Translations under genes and position numbers: made by a program | Part shown: positions 40,275 through 55,174 of the stretch, piece after piece | Layout: the number at the start of each line of letters is the position of its first letter | Numbering within the stretch: position 1 is the first letter of the stretch | NCBI RefSeq assembly: GCF_001194135.2 | Contig: NC_068985.1 | Location: 90,024,381-90,088,380, forward strand | Length of the DNA stretch: 64,000 bases | Direction of reading: 5' to 3' | DNA from: Octopus bimaculoides | Taxonomy: Eukaryota | Notes under the pieces: model-generated | Database searches by the model: none | Seen by the model: the letters and a program-made list of their open reading frames with translations, nothing else | What the model was told of the DNA's origin: nothing

Positions 40275-40654
40275 TTTTTTACTTGTCTGAGTGATTCGAC
40301 TGCGGCCATGCTGCAGCAACGCTTTGACGAATTTCTAGTCGAAAATATCGATTCTAGTTCATATTATTCTTAAAGATTGTTACCTACTCTATCAATAACT
40401 CATTACGAACCGCTATGTTACGGGGTTGTAAACACACCAGCACCGGTTGTCAAGCCGTCGCGTGGAGGCAAACACGCAGACAGACAGCCTCCCCCCATAC
40501 ATATATGACGGGCATCTTTTAGTTTCCGCCTAACAAATCCATTCCGAAGGCATTGGTTGGCCCGAAGCTATACTGGAAGTCACATGCAGCAGGGTAAAAG
40601 ACCGAAACATGTATTTGGGAAGAAAGCTCCTTACTACAAAGCCATTACTGCGCC
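40275..40654 (-). mobile_element. SINE family 2 (tRNA head, CORE-like segment, long 3' half), near full length
   Basis: Minus strand starts ggcgcagtaatggctttgtagtaagg..., continues ...gtatagcttcgggccaaccaatgcc...gatttgttaggcggaaact..., and ends in the tail cagcatggccgcagtcgaatcactcagacaagtaaaa. Confidence 0.8.
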
Positions 40655-40688
40655 AATACATACATACATACATACATACATACATACG

Positions 40689-40767
<79 letters not shown>

Positions 40768-40829
40768 TTCAAATATATAAATCCATAAGCATTACCATTT
40801 GTATTATACCCCTACACTTGTTATAGGAA

Positions 40830-42070
40830 ATATGACTTAATCTTTACTCGCTTCCTGAACACTTTATCTTAATTTCAGCGCTATATATTGAATGCCATTC
40901 TTTTCTGCCATATGTCTAAGATAACCTTCTCTATATACCTTATATATATTATTTTATTTGTAAATATATGCTTAAGTAGTATATATGTAAATAATTTTTT
41001 CTTAAGCCAGCTTTCCTGAGTATGTTACTCCATATATATCTAAGCATTTATTTATAAGCATTTATCCGTGAGTGTTGATTCATATACATACAAATATTCG
41101 TACAAGTAGGTGTATCTATATACTACTCATGACAAACTATCCCACAAAATTACTCTCCTTTCTTTTATCTTTATCCTAGCCTGAATAATTCTCATCATAT
41201 TTGTAATCATATTTGTACTTAATTTTAAATCTTTACAACCTTATGCAATTATAATACCGTATCGGTTCAATAATTTCCTGTAAGCTCTACTTCTATCCTT
41301 CCTTGAATACCTCTTGTTTCTCTCTGTAGCTGATATTAATCTCAACCCAATTTCAATGCCTAAATATCTGTATTACACGGTTACTTCCCTTCAGCTATAG
41401 TCTATAATTATGAACGTATTTTCATTAATTTCCTTTCACCTTTTCTTTTCTCGTTCAGACAATTACTTGTCAATTGGAAATGTAGCTTAGATCTATTCCT
41501 AACAGAATAACATATCCCTGACGTCGAGTATTATATACCATCCCTGAACCTTATATTTAATGCCTAAATATTTCTCTGCATTATACTATTATAATATTAT
41601 ATTATAATATTATAATTCGTTACGCAGTTAACTCCCTTAGCTATAGTCCATACATGTATATGATCCCATTCATTTTACATTTTTTCCTTTTCTCGTTCAG
41701 ACAATTATTTGTAAATCGATATGAATCTCAGATTTATTCATAACATATTAACATATCCCTAACCACAGTTCTTATTAACTAACTGTTTAGTATGCAAAAC
41801 CCCTTAGACAATCCATTTCTCGAATATATTCTTTTAATTCCTTTTATTTGTTTTGTATTTTATTGATAGATTTAACGGACCTGAACAACGCCATTCTTTT
41901 CAAACATAAGCGGACCAATTAAATCGTAGGATTAACCTACTCACCCTACTCAATATAGTGTATTAGGATGATTACATAGTCGTTAGCTTCTAACTTTTAA
42001 CCCCTCTCATATGGATCATCCCATTAACACCAATCCACTACGTTATACCCTTGCTATACCACCAGTAAAT
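40830..42070 (-). pseudogene. Highly decayed non-LTR retrotransposon RT with internal duplication
   Basis: The minus strand is purine-rich and carries RDML...NEKRKKCKM...KYLGI followed by a second RDML...YRYLGIEIGL, resembling RT domains 5-7. Many stops; clade not assignable. Confidence 0.45.
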
Positions 42071-45000
42071 TGAAATAATGGAGATTACTTATGGAAGTGA
42101 CTTTTTTCTATAAGATGTAATCTCGTAACCTATGATTTTTTTTTACTATTCCCTGGTATGATGTGGTATACTGGTATGATGTGTAAACCTTAACAAGGTG
42201 GGCCCCCAAAGTAGAAACTGCTGTAAGTGTATAGTATTATTCACACATTAAAATTGAGCAAGTCTTCAACCATTTGACAATCTTCGTAAATATTACATAG
42301 AATTATGAGCGTGGATTACATAGGACATATATATGGAGATTGCACGTGAGTCTGTGTGTACATTCATAAGACATATGTTACATGTTGGCACTCAAACTGT
42401 ATTTGAATTTATTATTATTTCACATATAGAGTTTTCTAAGAATGAAAAAAACTGAAGATATTTAAAGGCGCGAGGTTTCCTAATGGCCAAGGCAAAGATA
42501 ATTATGAACTGGAGATTCGTATGACGTAACTGCATTTCTTTTAATATTTGGCGTGCATTTCACGCATCATCTTTTTCTAAATAAAATGTGTTTAATTATT
42601 TTACACATACTTTATCAAATGTAATCAGCATTAAAATTAATAATGTTTTCAAACATTCGATTTTGTTTTAATTATACAAAATGAATACAGATTTTTGTTA
42701 ACAAAAATTTCTGTACACAGCAGCGTTTTACATTACAATACCCATTAGAGTATATGACATTTCGGGAGAAAAAAAAGGATATTCAATGAAAAGAAAGCAC
42801 GCGTTCATATTTATGTGGCTATTTTCTTCGACTATAAATATGTTACCTGGAAACCATATCAAAAAGTGAGCAAATGTTGCGAAATTTCATAATAAACTCT
42901 CCCTAAAATTGTTAATCACTGATAATATCAAATTATCGAATCCAAATGGAATTTTCCTTTAAGACTCATACAATTGCAATGAATGGCATCACTATTCAAT
43001 CGTTATTTATTGTTGATATCCCACAAGACAGGTAGTATTTGCTGATCTCAAATAACGTGCCAATTCAATTAACCATTATAAAACCTAGAATTTATCAATC
43101 TATCAAAACTACTGACTAACCAAAGCGATATCTTCATGTGAATAATATATTCTGGCCAAGGCATGGTGTGCAATCTCTTATAAACATAGATAACTTAACT
43201 TATTTTATCCTTTTCTCCTTCGTCTGATTTAAGGAAGAATTATAGTTTAGCTTTAAAAGGACAAGTTTAATTATATAATTGTATGTTATTCCTAGAAATG
43301 TATACCTTACGCCATGATGCATTCAATCAGGCCAATATCACTTAGACAAATCATGCAGTGCATTTTTCAATATGTAATTGTATTAAAGGTAATGTGTTCA
43401 CCGAGTCCATTTAGTATTTGTATACACCGTATATATTTTCTGTGCAGTGTATCCTGCAGCTAATACATAATCATATAACCACCCACCTATCCATACACCC
43501 GTCGTCCATCCATTCATAAATACATATTAATGTTTGTTTTTTTTTCTGTTCATGTATAAGCAGAGATTTACATTAGTCTCATGGGTTAGTCAGCATTTTA
43601 CATTAATCTCATAAGTAACTATAATATTGTACTAATGTGTTATTCTTACACAAGAATGAAGTGTATAATGAATTATTATTGTCATATACATACATACATA
43701 CATACATATATACATACGTACATACACACACACACACGGGCATACATATGTTTGTATTTTTGTACAGACTCTGTGTCTATAGATATGATTTTTTGCTATG
43801 TTGGGGTACATTCAGAAAATTCAGAGAACTTCATACTTTTGTATTGACTATTTACGTCGTCAATAATATAAATGTTTCCTCTTTACACATGTAGAATATA
43901 AACATTCCTTGATATAAACATGGCATGAAGTTACATCACAACATTTTGATACATACACGTATCTCTCATTTTCTTTTCGTTTCTACTTTTCGTTTTGTTT
44001 ATTTAAGTTCCAGGCGATTCTCTCATTTTTTATTCCATAGCCGAAAGTTTTTGTATTCTCCTTATTAATTTATTTATATGTTCCACTTATTGATTTTTCA
44101 GTGATACTAATTTATCTTTACTTGCTTTTTATTTTATGTTGTTATTATCAATTGTCATTTCATTTAAATTTTAATATCGATCTCTCCCAAGATTTTACAT
44201 CAGGTAAGGCTGTTTTTCTTTCCTACGTTTATACCCGGTTATGCAAGTATGTATGATCTAACTTGCCCAGATTTTAATTTTAATTCAACTCACTTCATTG
44301 GTTCGAGACATTTTTCCGTTATGCTCAATCGTTTTCATCCAACAGCTTCCATTTATTTCGAAAAGTAATTACCCACTCAGTTTAAAATGTATAGTTGTGA
44401 TGACGAATAACTTTAAATCATTTTACACGTTGTCGTCCATCTGAAGTAACCCAAACATTGTTTTTTGTCACAACGTTTTATAACCATCTGCTTTGTACAT
44501 ACATACATACATGCATACATGCATACATAATGCATACATACACACATTTATACATACATACATACATACATACAGGTATAAAAATACCTTGTGGATGTTG
44601 CGATTCCAATGAAAGAGCCATGGATTTAGGTTTCTCTATTGGGAAGAAGTCTAGAAATAAAACTGAACAATATCATACATCCATTCCTACAAGCACAAAT
44701 ACACCCAAGCACACACAGTCGTACAGCACACACGCTCATACACAAACATACACCCACGAAGGCACACACACATCCTTGCGTGTGTAAACGTTTGTTGTAT
44801 TTTTCTTTTTTGCTTTTATGTTTCGGTAAGCTTGCTTTGTCTCAAGAAATAAAATATTCTGAAAACATTTTTCCATATTTCGCTGCTTTTATTGATAATA
44901 AAATGCTTAGTAAGATTGAAGATTCTACATTTAGTGTTATTAAATTTAAATGTAACATGTGATTAAATTTCCGTTAAATTTTACTCCAAATGTTTGCAAT

Positions 45001-45930
45001 AATTTTACTCCTGTAAATAAGTTTGAAAACAATAATATTTAACACATTTGAACTTGCTTAAATTCGGTTTCTAAATATAATATAATATTTTGTTATATAA
45101 AATTACCTAGACTTCGACATTTCAATATTATGATGTACATTGAATTCCCGGATTCGGAAAGCAGAAACTAAATTCGAATACATATAGAATATATTGTAAA
45201 ATTGGCATTTATATTGCCATAATGATTCTGCGTCCGTTTTCATAATGTTATTTATACTTAATATTAGAACGACGCAATTGTTTCATACAGCATACTACAC
45301 CGAATTGAGAAAAATAATAAATTTAGAACTTATAAGATAAATCAATATTTATGTAAATGAAGTCGAATTATGAAGATTATAAAATGTTTCTTATCTGTCT
45401 TAAAACATAGTAGTGAATAAATAAATAGGTAAATAACTGAAGGAATTAATAATGCAGTGTAGACATGGATGTTTAATGCTATTGGAAATCAATTTGATAT
45501 ATAATTTATATATATTTTCCCACCTCTAATCATATTTGCATATACGAAACATTAGTGGAACATATTTAAAATGCATAAGAATATTAACTAATGTGAAATT
45601 TCGGTTTATGTTATCATTAATGAGATAACCTTTTCATATCAAAATGTGTGATGCATTATTTTATAAATATAACAGAAATAATATTTATAAGAGAATGGCG
45701 TATTTTTCTGTTATATTCCAACATCTATCAGAGGGTAATCTTTTGCAAACGACAATTTCGAGAAGTGTGAGATAAACACACACAAACAACCACACACACA
45801 TACACATACACACAAACACACACACACACACACGTAAACACATACTGATGCACACACACATACGCATAAATATTTGGAAGCATACACACACTGATATATA
45901 ACCATATTTGTTCATGATTATGTATGTATA

Positions 45931-45970
<40 letters not shown>

Positions 45971-46871
45971 TACACACAGAGTAGAATCGGATACGAATAT
46001 GTATTACTGAGTTGAAAGAAACGGAAATACAGGCCTAAAAATCATCCGAATCTCACACACATGCATATAACTGCGCGCACGTGTGTATGCCTATGTGTAT
46101 GTTTGCTTGTGATTTCTAAAGTTAAATCAGTGATGCATAATGTAAATTTTATCTAAATGAATATTGTATATTTCTCAATTTGAGTTTGATGATAAATTAC
46201 TGTATTCATTTGGCCTGGAGCTATTAAAATTATACTAAATTAATGCATAACATTTCTTAAAAAATGCAGCAGAATTAATTCGAATATATATGACTTTTTT
46301 CATCTTGCAGTGATATAGAGTTTTGAATGCAAATTATATTAATATCATCTAAGCAATACTCATTGTGATGTATAAAGAAGACATATATAATATATTTAAT
46401 AGTTTCACTTACATTTGAAAGTCTATCACTCATAAAGGAAACGCTGTGGAATATAAATGAACATATATGTAGAAAATCGTACATATACGCGACACACGAA
46501 CAAATATATATAGAGACATACATAGAGATTCACGCGCACACACAAAGAGGTGCAGACGCATAAATACATACACTGTGAGATGAGCTTATGATTTAATTTG
46601 TGTTAAATCTATACACAATTGTTGCTGTATATTTCAGGGTTAGTTGACGAACAGACAAATGAGCCCCGAATGAAAATTGACGGTATTTTGAAGACTGAAA
46701 CCTGGGAAGTGGTAGTGCATTGTGAAAGTGCAAATTTGACTACGATTCAGGAAGTAAAAATAGAATATAGAAGAATAAAGAGGAGATGTCTGAGAAAGAA
46801 CTGAGAAGGAATCTTCTGAAAATATATTATTGGAGACCAGAAGTTTGAATGCAAACTGAAAGAAGTGTGAA

Positions 46872-47052
46872 GGTGCATGCATGGCTCCGGGGTAAGAAAG
46901 TTGATTCCAAGCCATATCTTTCCGAATTTAGTCACACTGGAGAGCAGGCAGCTTGGCGTTTGTCTTCTACTACAGCCATGTTCCGTTCAATGAACCGTCA
47001 GTGAATTTGGTAATCGGCAACTGTCAGAAGTCATTCGCGCCATCGTGTGTGT
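46872..47052 (+). mobile_element. SINE family 2, 5' half
   Basis: ggtgcatgcatggctccggggtaagaaag...gtcttctactacagcc...gaatttggtaatcggcaactg aligns with 59838-60050. Confidence 0.65.
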
Positions 47053-47075
47053 CTATTCTTTCTTTTTCTTCTTAT

Positions 47076-47219
47076 TCTTTTGATTTGTTTCGCACATTTG
47101 ACTGCGGTCATGCTGGAACACCAAATTAGAGAGGTTTTAGTCGAAGAAATCGATCCCAGGACTTATCCTTTGAAAGCCTAGTACTTATATAATAGGTCAT
47201 GTTGACGAACCGCTAAGTT
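47076..47219 (-). mobile_element. SINE family 2, 3' half
   Basis: tttgactgcggtcatgctggaacacc...gaaatcgatcccaggactta...aagcctagtactta...gaaccgctaagtt. Confidence 0.8.
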
Positions 47220-49413
47220 TTGAGATCCATCTGATTATCAGAAACATTTATTATAGCAGAGAAGAGAAGTTTCATACTACTGCTAATCTGCTCATGCATG
47301 CGATTGGTATATCAATATTCAAATATGTCATAGATTTCTTGCTTTAATACGCATGACCACTTGCTTAAACATTTAATTACGTACTAACCAGATGATATGT
47401 AAGTTTAAATCATCGTTACTCTCTTTTTCACCAGCTGGACATATGAATACGACTTATATCACTTTGTTTCCGCAAAGTTTCATTCCCCTTCCTATAATCC
47501 ATGTGGTTTCTATCTCATATGACGTATATGATAACTAATTTACGATGTCCGTTGTTGACTAGGTCATCATTAATGTTCATACAGGTTTAAATGTTTACTT
47601 GAAGATAGTGAAATTATGCTATGATGTAATCTATCAATACATCAATAAAATTCTACCGAAACAGCTGTAGTATATGTTCAAACCAATTTGCGTTCTTCAT
47701 TATGTATACATTTATTTGCGTGTTTGTGTGTGTATTAATATATATGTACGTATGTATATATATGTTTGTATGCATGTTTTTTTATGTTTGTTTGCAGCAT
47801 CACATGCATGTTTATATGTATGTTATCAATGGTATGCATACGAATTCCCACTTTTACAGTTACGCATTCCTTTTAGCTACTATTATACATTAACGAGGGT
47901 AAAATTCTCGGTGCACTCGATATTCGAATGTTAATCATACGAAATGTGTGAATATTTTTGTATTATTTCCTTTCATCTGATACGATACAATATTTAATAG
48001 CCATAATTCTGGAAAACAATTAAAAACATCTTTCTCTTTCAAATGTTTACAACATTTCTGAAATTGGACAATGGCTTTGAGTATGAATACATATATTTTT
48101 TTTGTTTTTTGTTTTGTGTGCGCCAAAACATTAAATATACATTTGCAATTAGAAACATATAAAGGAAAACAAATTTCATTGCTCATTGTTTTACTAGTTA
48201 TCTTGCGCTACCAGATTTCATATAATAGGTTAGGACGTAATTATAATTTTATCGGCATATGGCAGCCATTATCTGTGAAATATTTATTATTATATTCAAC
48301 TACTGAATATATTAGAAGTGGTTTGACTTTTCAAATCAATGAATCATTGATGTATGTGGTTTTTATAATATTATTTCACCTCATTGCTGCCCTCCCTGAG
48401 ATTAATCATGTATAACATACAATGTATATCATCGTTCACACGCGCATTGGATTTCTTAGTGTCCATTATCCAATGTAAACCTCCCTTTGTAAAACGACTG
48501 GCAAATATATACACTAGATGTGACTAATGCTTTTAGTCGATTGATTACTAGGAACGAGAACGAGAATATCACCTGCGTTCTCCTTGGATGCAAAACCAAA
48601 TCAGCATTACCCCAGTAATTTAAACTTCAGAAACGTTTCTTTGGTAATTGTTACTCATAAGGGACAGCTATATCTTTATTGGATATGGCAATGACTGCAG
48701 CAGTATGAGCAGTACGACGCTTTGGTTTAACGAATGATTTCTCATTGAACATATTTGTATATTCAGGTAGCAAACCGGTAGATGTATTACAAGGATGTTG
48801 ATGTCTGTTCAGTTTAAATTTACGCATATGCATCACCTGCATCGGCTGATTTGGGAAAGTCTCTTTCACTATAATTTACCAGAGCATAGCGCAGTCACTG
48901 TTTCTGGAACCAGTTTGTTTTTCACTCCTTACAAGTAAACAGGATACTTGTAAATCTGACTGGTGCATGAAAGGGGATTCCACTTCATTCTGCAGCAATA
49001 GAAAATACACAAAAGAAAAAAATCGCTGAACTTATACGAAATTTGAAATGTTACGCTGAAATGTTACGCCTCTAATGAGTAGGAAAATAAAAAAAAAGAA
49101 AAGTTCATACGATAGCATTAAAGTATAACATTATCACTAACTTCTTACCCATGGTTAGCACAGATCAAACAGGCTGAATATGTAAATATTTCATTTCATA
49201 AAACGTGGTTGAAGTGTGGAACGAAAGAAACACGAGCAATCGCCACGGGCGCCTGTGTAAGAAAAGAAATGGGGATGAGAGAGATGATGAGGACCACTGG
49301 TCACGTGTCAGTAGTAAGCGTGTGAAAAGTTGTTGGGGCAGAAAGAGACACAGAAATCAGGGAGAGAGGAGATTTTAAGACAGAAACAGTAAGCAGCACG
49401 GATGAACGTGTTT

Positions 49414-49417
<4 letters not shown>

Positions 49418-49472
<55 letters not shown>
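49418..49472. repeat. (GA)n microsatellite
   Basis: Seen directly. Confidence 0.95.
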
Positions 49473-49483
<11 letters not shown>

Positions 49484-50537
49484 AAGAGAGAGAAAGAGAG
49501 ATAGAGGGGGGAAGTCAGACAAACAGAGTGAATGGGACAAAAAAGGAAAAGAAAAGCGTACCGTTTTTATTTTATTTGCACTAAGTGAATTCATATTTTC
49601 ATTCCACAGTTAATTCTCTCCTTTCGTTTGTATATTGCATATTTATTTCATAATTGCACGTTCACTTTCTGTTATGTTTCATTCCTTCCTTGATGGCTCG
49701 CCATTTCCTGGCGGCTTATAGTCACAGGCGCCACCAAAGAGGACCATTATTATGAATAAAGGCGCGCGCACACACGTATATATTTGAAATCTCCGATCAT
49801 CTATGGTTGTATGCGCGAACGCTTGTATGTCTTTATCGATATTGTAATTATTATATTTCATAATACCAACATATACATAATATACGCATACATAACATAC
49901 ACACACACGTAGATACATACAGATGTAGATATACATGTGTGTTCGTGTATGTATGTATGTATATGTACAAATATATGTATATATATATAAACGTGTGTGT
50001 GTACATATATGCACGTGCGTGTGAAGTATTAAATATAAATGTGAATACGCATGTGAATGCATATAAACAGCCACATACATATAGACACTGAGATATCTAA
50101 CCAAATTTAAAGGAAGTATTTAGCATTTGTATCTTTGGTTCCATTTCGTTTTCAATCTTCATATTTCCTTATCTGATATAGCACATACCATTTCTAAGAT
50201 CATAAAAAAAATATTTCGTTTTTCATGTAAAGTATTTTGTTTTTATGTTTTCGTTTAGTCTAAAATTATTCTGTTTCTTTTGTTCATACGATGCATTGAA
50301 TTTTTATCGATTCCTATTGATGAAATTGTGATAAGGAGCGATTGTGGTGAAAAGAAATGTCAGAAAACTGAATAATATTTTTTTTGTTTTTTTATTCTTT
50401 TTTAATATTTCTAAGATTTGATACAAGACAGAATTAAGGCCATTTACGTATTAGTAAAAAAAAAAAATTAAAAATGAGAATTTAAAACTTACGTGTTGTT
50501 GTGTTTCATAACAACGAACCCGATTAGAGGTGGTAAC

Positions 50538-50588
50538 GCTGCTGCTGCTACTGATGATGATGGCGATGACGACGACGACGACGACGAC

Positions 50589-50622
<34 letters not shown>
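50538..50622. repeat. (GCT)(GAC)n(GAT)n compound trinucleotide repeat
   Basis: Seen directly. Confidence 0.95.
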
Positions 50623-53029
50623 GTTAGGAATAAAGCTTTTTTTGTTATAGTCATAACGAAAACGAATATTGTGGTAATGATTATATCGACACACGCTGTC
50701 ACATTAACCATAATAACCTTTTCTTCGTTTGTTTCTTTTTCTTTCTCTGACATTCCGATATGTATAACACATACACACATACACATACAACTAGTGTGAT
50801 GGTCAGTTATATCAATGTACTGATTGACTTGTCCAGTCCTGATACCTAAATTAATTATGTATAACGTAAAGTAATATAATATGTTATTATATATCACCTA
50901 ATACCGAACTTGATTTTCTACCGATTTTGGAATAAGTTGAACTAAAATCAATATATTTATATAGTTTTTCAGTCGGCGAATTTGATGAGAACATGGCTTA
51001 ATCGTACATAATTTACACTTGTGTTACATAATATTACAGCAGTTATTCTTTCACAAAGAGCATGTAAGTCTATCTAAAATTATGCTTCCATTTCTCTCAA
51101 CATGGCGTGCAGCGTATCATTTTGTTTAGAAAATATATTCAGGGTTGGAATGTAATATCACACAACTGCTTGAATTTAATATCACACAACTGAAAATATA
51201 AATTGTAATTAGTTTGACGTATTGGTTAAATGTGTTACTGTACTGAACATATCATACTGCAGTTTAACTCTTTAAGCGTCATTGCAATGTTATTGACTTA
51301 TTATGGCTTTAAACTGGATCCAGCGACAGTGTTCGTATTAGCTTATACGTTTTAACTGACATTGCCATCAGGTCAGCTCTAATCGAGAACAGTAGCAACT
51401 TCACTGGTTGCATGGTAAACAACGATTACCATAAACTTGGCAGTAGTTTGTATTTAGATTGTTTTATGAATATAACTCAATTAAAGGACCAGCCCTAAAA
51501 GATAAGGGAAGCTGGAGAGGTAATGCGTTCAAAATACTCTCAGCGATTTATCAAAAGTATTAACAATGAAATCAGAACAGGTTTAGTCTCCCTCATCTGA
51601 CGTCCTAATTTCATGTCCACTGTTGTTTCTAAATAACAATAGCAGAATTGAAGTAATGAACTTCATGTAGCATGAAATTTCCTTTATTTTTAGCATGTCT
51701 AACACAGATATCTACACCGATATTTGAAAAAAAAAGACCAAGTCAAATATGTGAGTATAAATTGGCCTAGGGAAACATGGACATCAATAGAGGGAGAATG
51801 ACAAGCAGGAGATTTTGGTGGTGATGTAGGAGGAAATATCATGAGATTGGACGAACAGCATGTACACTATTAGTGTAGATATATTTAATCTGTACTGGGT
51901 AGCACAAAGCCTCAGGGGATAACATGGTGTAGCGTACTTTCCTATGCATTACGACTGAATAGATTTAAGTTTAATTATGAAACCTTAACAATCATAGTAT
52001 ACAGACACTGTATAAGCTGACCTCATGTAAATTGAAATGACAATAACTTAAAGAGATATGAAGAATTTGTAAATTGATAGATAGATGATTATCATCATGA
52101 AACAATGGACTTCCGAGTTGGTACATGAATCCATCTCTTCAAGATTCTTATAGGTTCCAGTTATATTACCTCCAAGGTAAACAATCTGGAAACAATAAAA
52201 AAAACACAAAATTTGGCAGTAATCAAAACTGGCTGAAAAGATGCCTTTTGATTAAAACGTCATTGATATTAGCTGAGGACGCTCAAGCCAAGAACGAAAT
52301 TATAAAGGCATTAGAAACATATGGTTTGTTATAGATTAATATCATATTTAGCGAAAAAAAGAACGAATCTGTTGGTTGTTGTCCTTGGGGCGCAATATAT
52401 GAACCTATTACATAGATTCAGGAAGCATGAAATTGAAGCAAGAGCAGAAAAGGGTCCATAAGTCATTGGAAGAGAAACTCTAAATTTGATATCGTGGAAG
52501 CACAATGACATTGTGCGACACATCTCTCAAAGGATATTGGAGGTTTTAATAGCAATGGATTTAATAGAAAGAGACGCTGTTACTGTGATAACGACAAGGT
52601 TAAGATAACATGTGAGTGAGGTGCAAAGGTCAAGATATACACAGAGAAAAGAAGACTAGAAGCAAAGAATATCAGCATAAAAATGCTTTTGAAAACGATG
52701 ACAACAGAAAAATGAGCAACGATCACAACGCAGTCTTCCTGAAGATTCTCTATGAAAGTTGTTTACTTCCATAGAGAATTGGAAACAATTTGTAGCTTTG
52801 CTCATCCTAGTATCAAGAAGACCAATAATCGATTTATTAATGTTTAACTACTTAAAAAATGGGCTTAGAAATATATACACTTGAAGATGTCTACATGAAG
52901 AAGAGCACCAGCAAAAAACCTCAAAACGTTATAGAATATACGATCTGCACACGCCAGAAGGCTGTATACAGATGTAGAGCCAACTGCAGCTGTACACAAC
53001 AAAAGTCTTAAGTGTGCAAAGAAACAGAA

Positions 53030-53350
53030 AAAAAGCTTTGCAAAACTGTGCACAACCACTACTAATTAAGCACTGGTGCCATTTTCCGCAACTCAAGAGC
53101 AACAGACGAACCCATTTCTGAAAGATATTTTGCATACATAAAACTGGGAGAAAAAGAAAATTCTAAAACACTTAGTAGATGCTTAGATACACACAAAAAC
53201 GTATATTGTGTTTCTGAGAGAGAAGAAATAATGAATTTAAGCTGGAAATGCCGTGTACTTTTAAAATCATGTGAAGCATTTAACACTGTCCCCATATAGG
53301 CACTCGGTGGGTAACACATTGCCATTAGATATCAGGCAAAATGATGTGAT
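53030..53350 (+). pseudogene. Decayed CR1-like LINE RT N-terminal fragment
   Basis: With frameshifts it gives LQNCAQPL...IFRNS...IHKTGRK...AFNTVP (53276), resembling LKECA..L..PL..IF..S / PIHKKG / KAFDTVPH. Confidence 0.45.
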
Positions 53351-53636
53351 TAAACAGTTGAAAGCAATTTGAAGACACCTGTAATTCCAGCTTCAGAGAG
53401 CTTTGAATGCCTTAGCAAATCAATTGTTTATCATTTGTTTGGGTACAAGAAATGACGTTCTTAAAGTCCGTGAAAAATGGAGTCCGGTGAAGATAAACAA
53501 ATGTCATGTTCTCAGATTTCACCTTGCATTGGCCAGTGGTGGGCATTTTTGCGTAAAGATTACCTGTTAAGTGAATTTGAATTCCCCTGACTAGAGTTTC
53601 CGTACTGTAGGCCTTCCGCCTATACATACATATATC

Positions 53637-53986
53637 GTGGCGCTCCGTCGCTTACGACGACGAGTTCCATTTGATCCGATCAGTGGAAAAGCCTGCTCGT
53701 AAAATTAACGTGCAAGTGGCTTAGCACGCCACAGAAATATGTAGCTTTAACGTAGTTCTCGGGAAGAATCAGCGTGACACAGAATGTGACAAGGCTAGCG
53801 CTTTGACATACCGGTACAAATGGAACAGGAAGAAAGAGTTAGAGAAAGTTTTGATGAAAGAGTACAACAGGATTCGCCATAACCTCCTGCAGGAGCTTTA
53901 GGTGTTTTTGCTCATTAAACACTCACAACGCGCGGTTTTACGACCGCAAGTTCACCGCCCTAACCGCTGAGCCATTGGGCCACTAC
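53637..53986 (-). mobile_element. tRNA-derived SINE family 3, near full length (B box deleted)
   Basis: Minus head has A box TGGCTCAGCGG. The body shares gtgacacagaatgtgacaaggct with 31627 and, more loosely, 62011. The 3' end is gtcgtcgtaagcgacggagcgccac. Confidence 0.75.
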
Positions 53987-54038
53987 ATGCATACACACAC
54001 ACAAATTCGCACACATTCACACACAAACATACATATTA

Positions 54039-55016
54039 TATAAAAGATCGTGGGTAAGACCAAAACGCTGCGAAGTAAATGCAGGGTATATCACGAGAAA
54101 ACAAATATGTGAATTAATGTAGACTTCCTTTGTGTCCAATATTTCGGATCTACATGTATATGAGTGTGTGTAGAGTGGATATGCGCAGAAGGGAGTTGCT
54201 ATAGCAACCAGCTAGCTTCTTGTAACTCCCTTCTATTGTTGATCTTGAGTTTCTTTTGGTGTATGAGGATGGCCTCTAAGATTCTAAGGTTGTCCCTGTT
54301 CCGCTGTGTTGATTTAACGTGCACTGTGAATTCCCAGGTCTGGTATTTCCGTAGATGTTTCTTCAGGGAAGTGTTTGCCTGCAGGTATTCCTTAATGAGT
54401 ACATGTGGTTTACTTGTGCTTCCGATGTAGGATGCGCCACATTTGTCACAAATGATCATATATACGACATGGGCACTCTGGCACAATTCAGGGTCATTGA
54501 TGGGGCAGTTCCACAATGTGTACTCCTCGGAATAGTGAGATGTGTTGTTCTTGGAAAGAGTTTTCCGCATGGACGGGCCGATATGCACTACCTGTATGCC
54601 GAATCCTTCCTTGCGGAATGCGTGTTGTATCACCGAAGATTTTTTTCTGTCGTCAAAGTGTTGTAGCTTAAGGAACCATTGCCGGACTTGGGAGTATGCT
54701 GGGTCTTCTGAGGATTATTGACCTCAGAATCTCTGAGGCCATCCTCCATACACCAAAAGAAACCCAATCCAACAATAGAAGGAAGGGAGTTACAGTAAGC
54801 TTGCTGGTTGCTATAGTAACACCCTTCTGCACATGACCACTCCACACATGCCCACACACACGCACATCGGCAACATTCGTCAATTTCTTTAAAATGGTTT
54901 GATAACCCCGAAATATTAAACGCAAGGTAAGTCTACATTAATTTACATGTTTGTTTTCTTGTGATTTACCTTGCATTTACTTCGCATTTTTTCGGCCTTA
55001 CCCACGATCTTTTATA
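54039..55016 (-). mobile_element. Penelope-like element 3' relic (GIY-YIG) with inverted terminal duplication
   Basis: Arms 54039-54290 and 54721-55016 are reverse complements and enclose the rest of the endonuclease region. Confidence 0.85.
54199..54633 (-). pseudogene. PLE GIY-YIG endonuclease fragment
   Basis: NCPINDPELCQSAHVVYMIICDKCGASYIGSTSK...LRILEAILIHQKKLKINNRRE shows VVY-x-I-x-C-xx-C-xxx-YIG and the LRILEA...IN helix. Confidence 0.85.
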
Positions 55017-55126
55017 CAAAATATTGTACACATCGTTNNNNNNNNNNNNNNNNNNNNNNNNNNNNNNNNNNNNNNNNNNNNNNNNNNNNNNNNNNNNNNN
55101 NNNNNNNNNNNNNNNNNNNNNNNNNN

Positions 55127-55174
<48 letters not shown>

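Noticed and set aside
50530-50799. Poly-Met/Thr ORF
   Set aside because: Trinucleotide microsatellite read-through.
54885-54920. Possible hammerhead remnant in the 54 kb PLE arm (UUUAAAA-UGGU..CCCC-GAAAUAUU)
   Set aside because: The position fits, but four core changes would be needed and the other arm is deleted here, so it cannot be supported.
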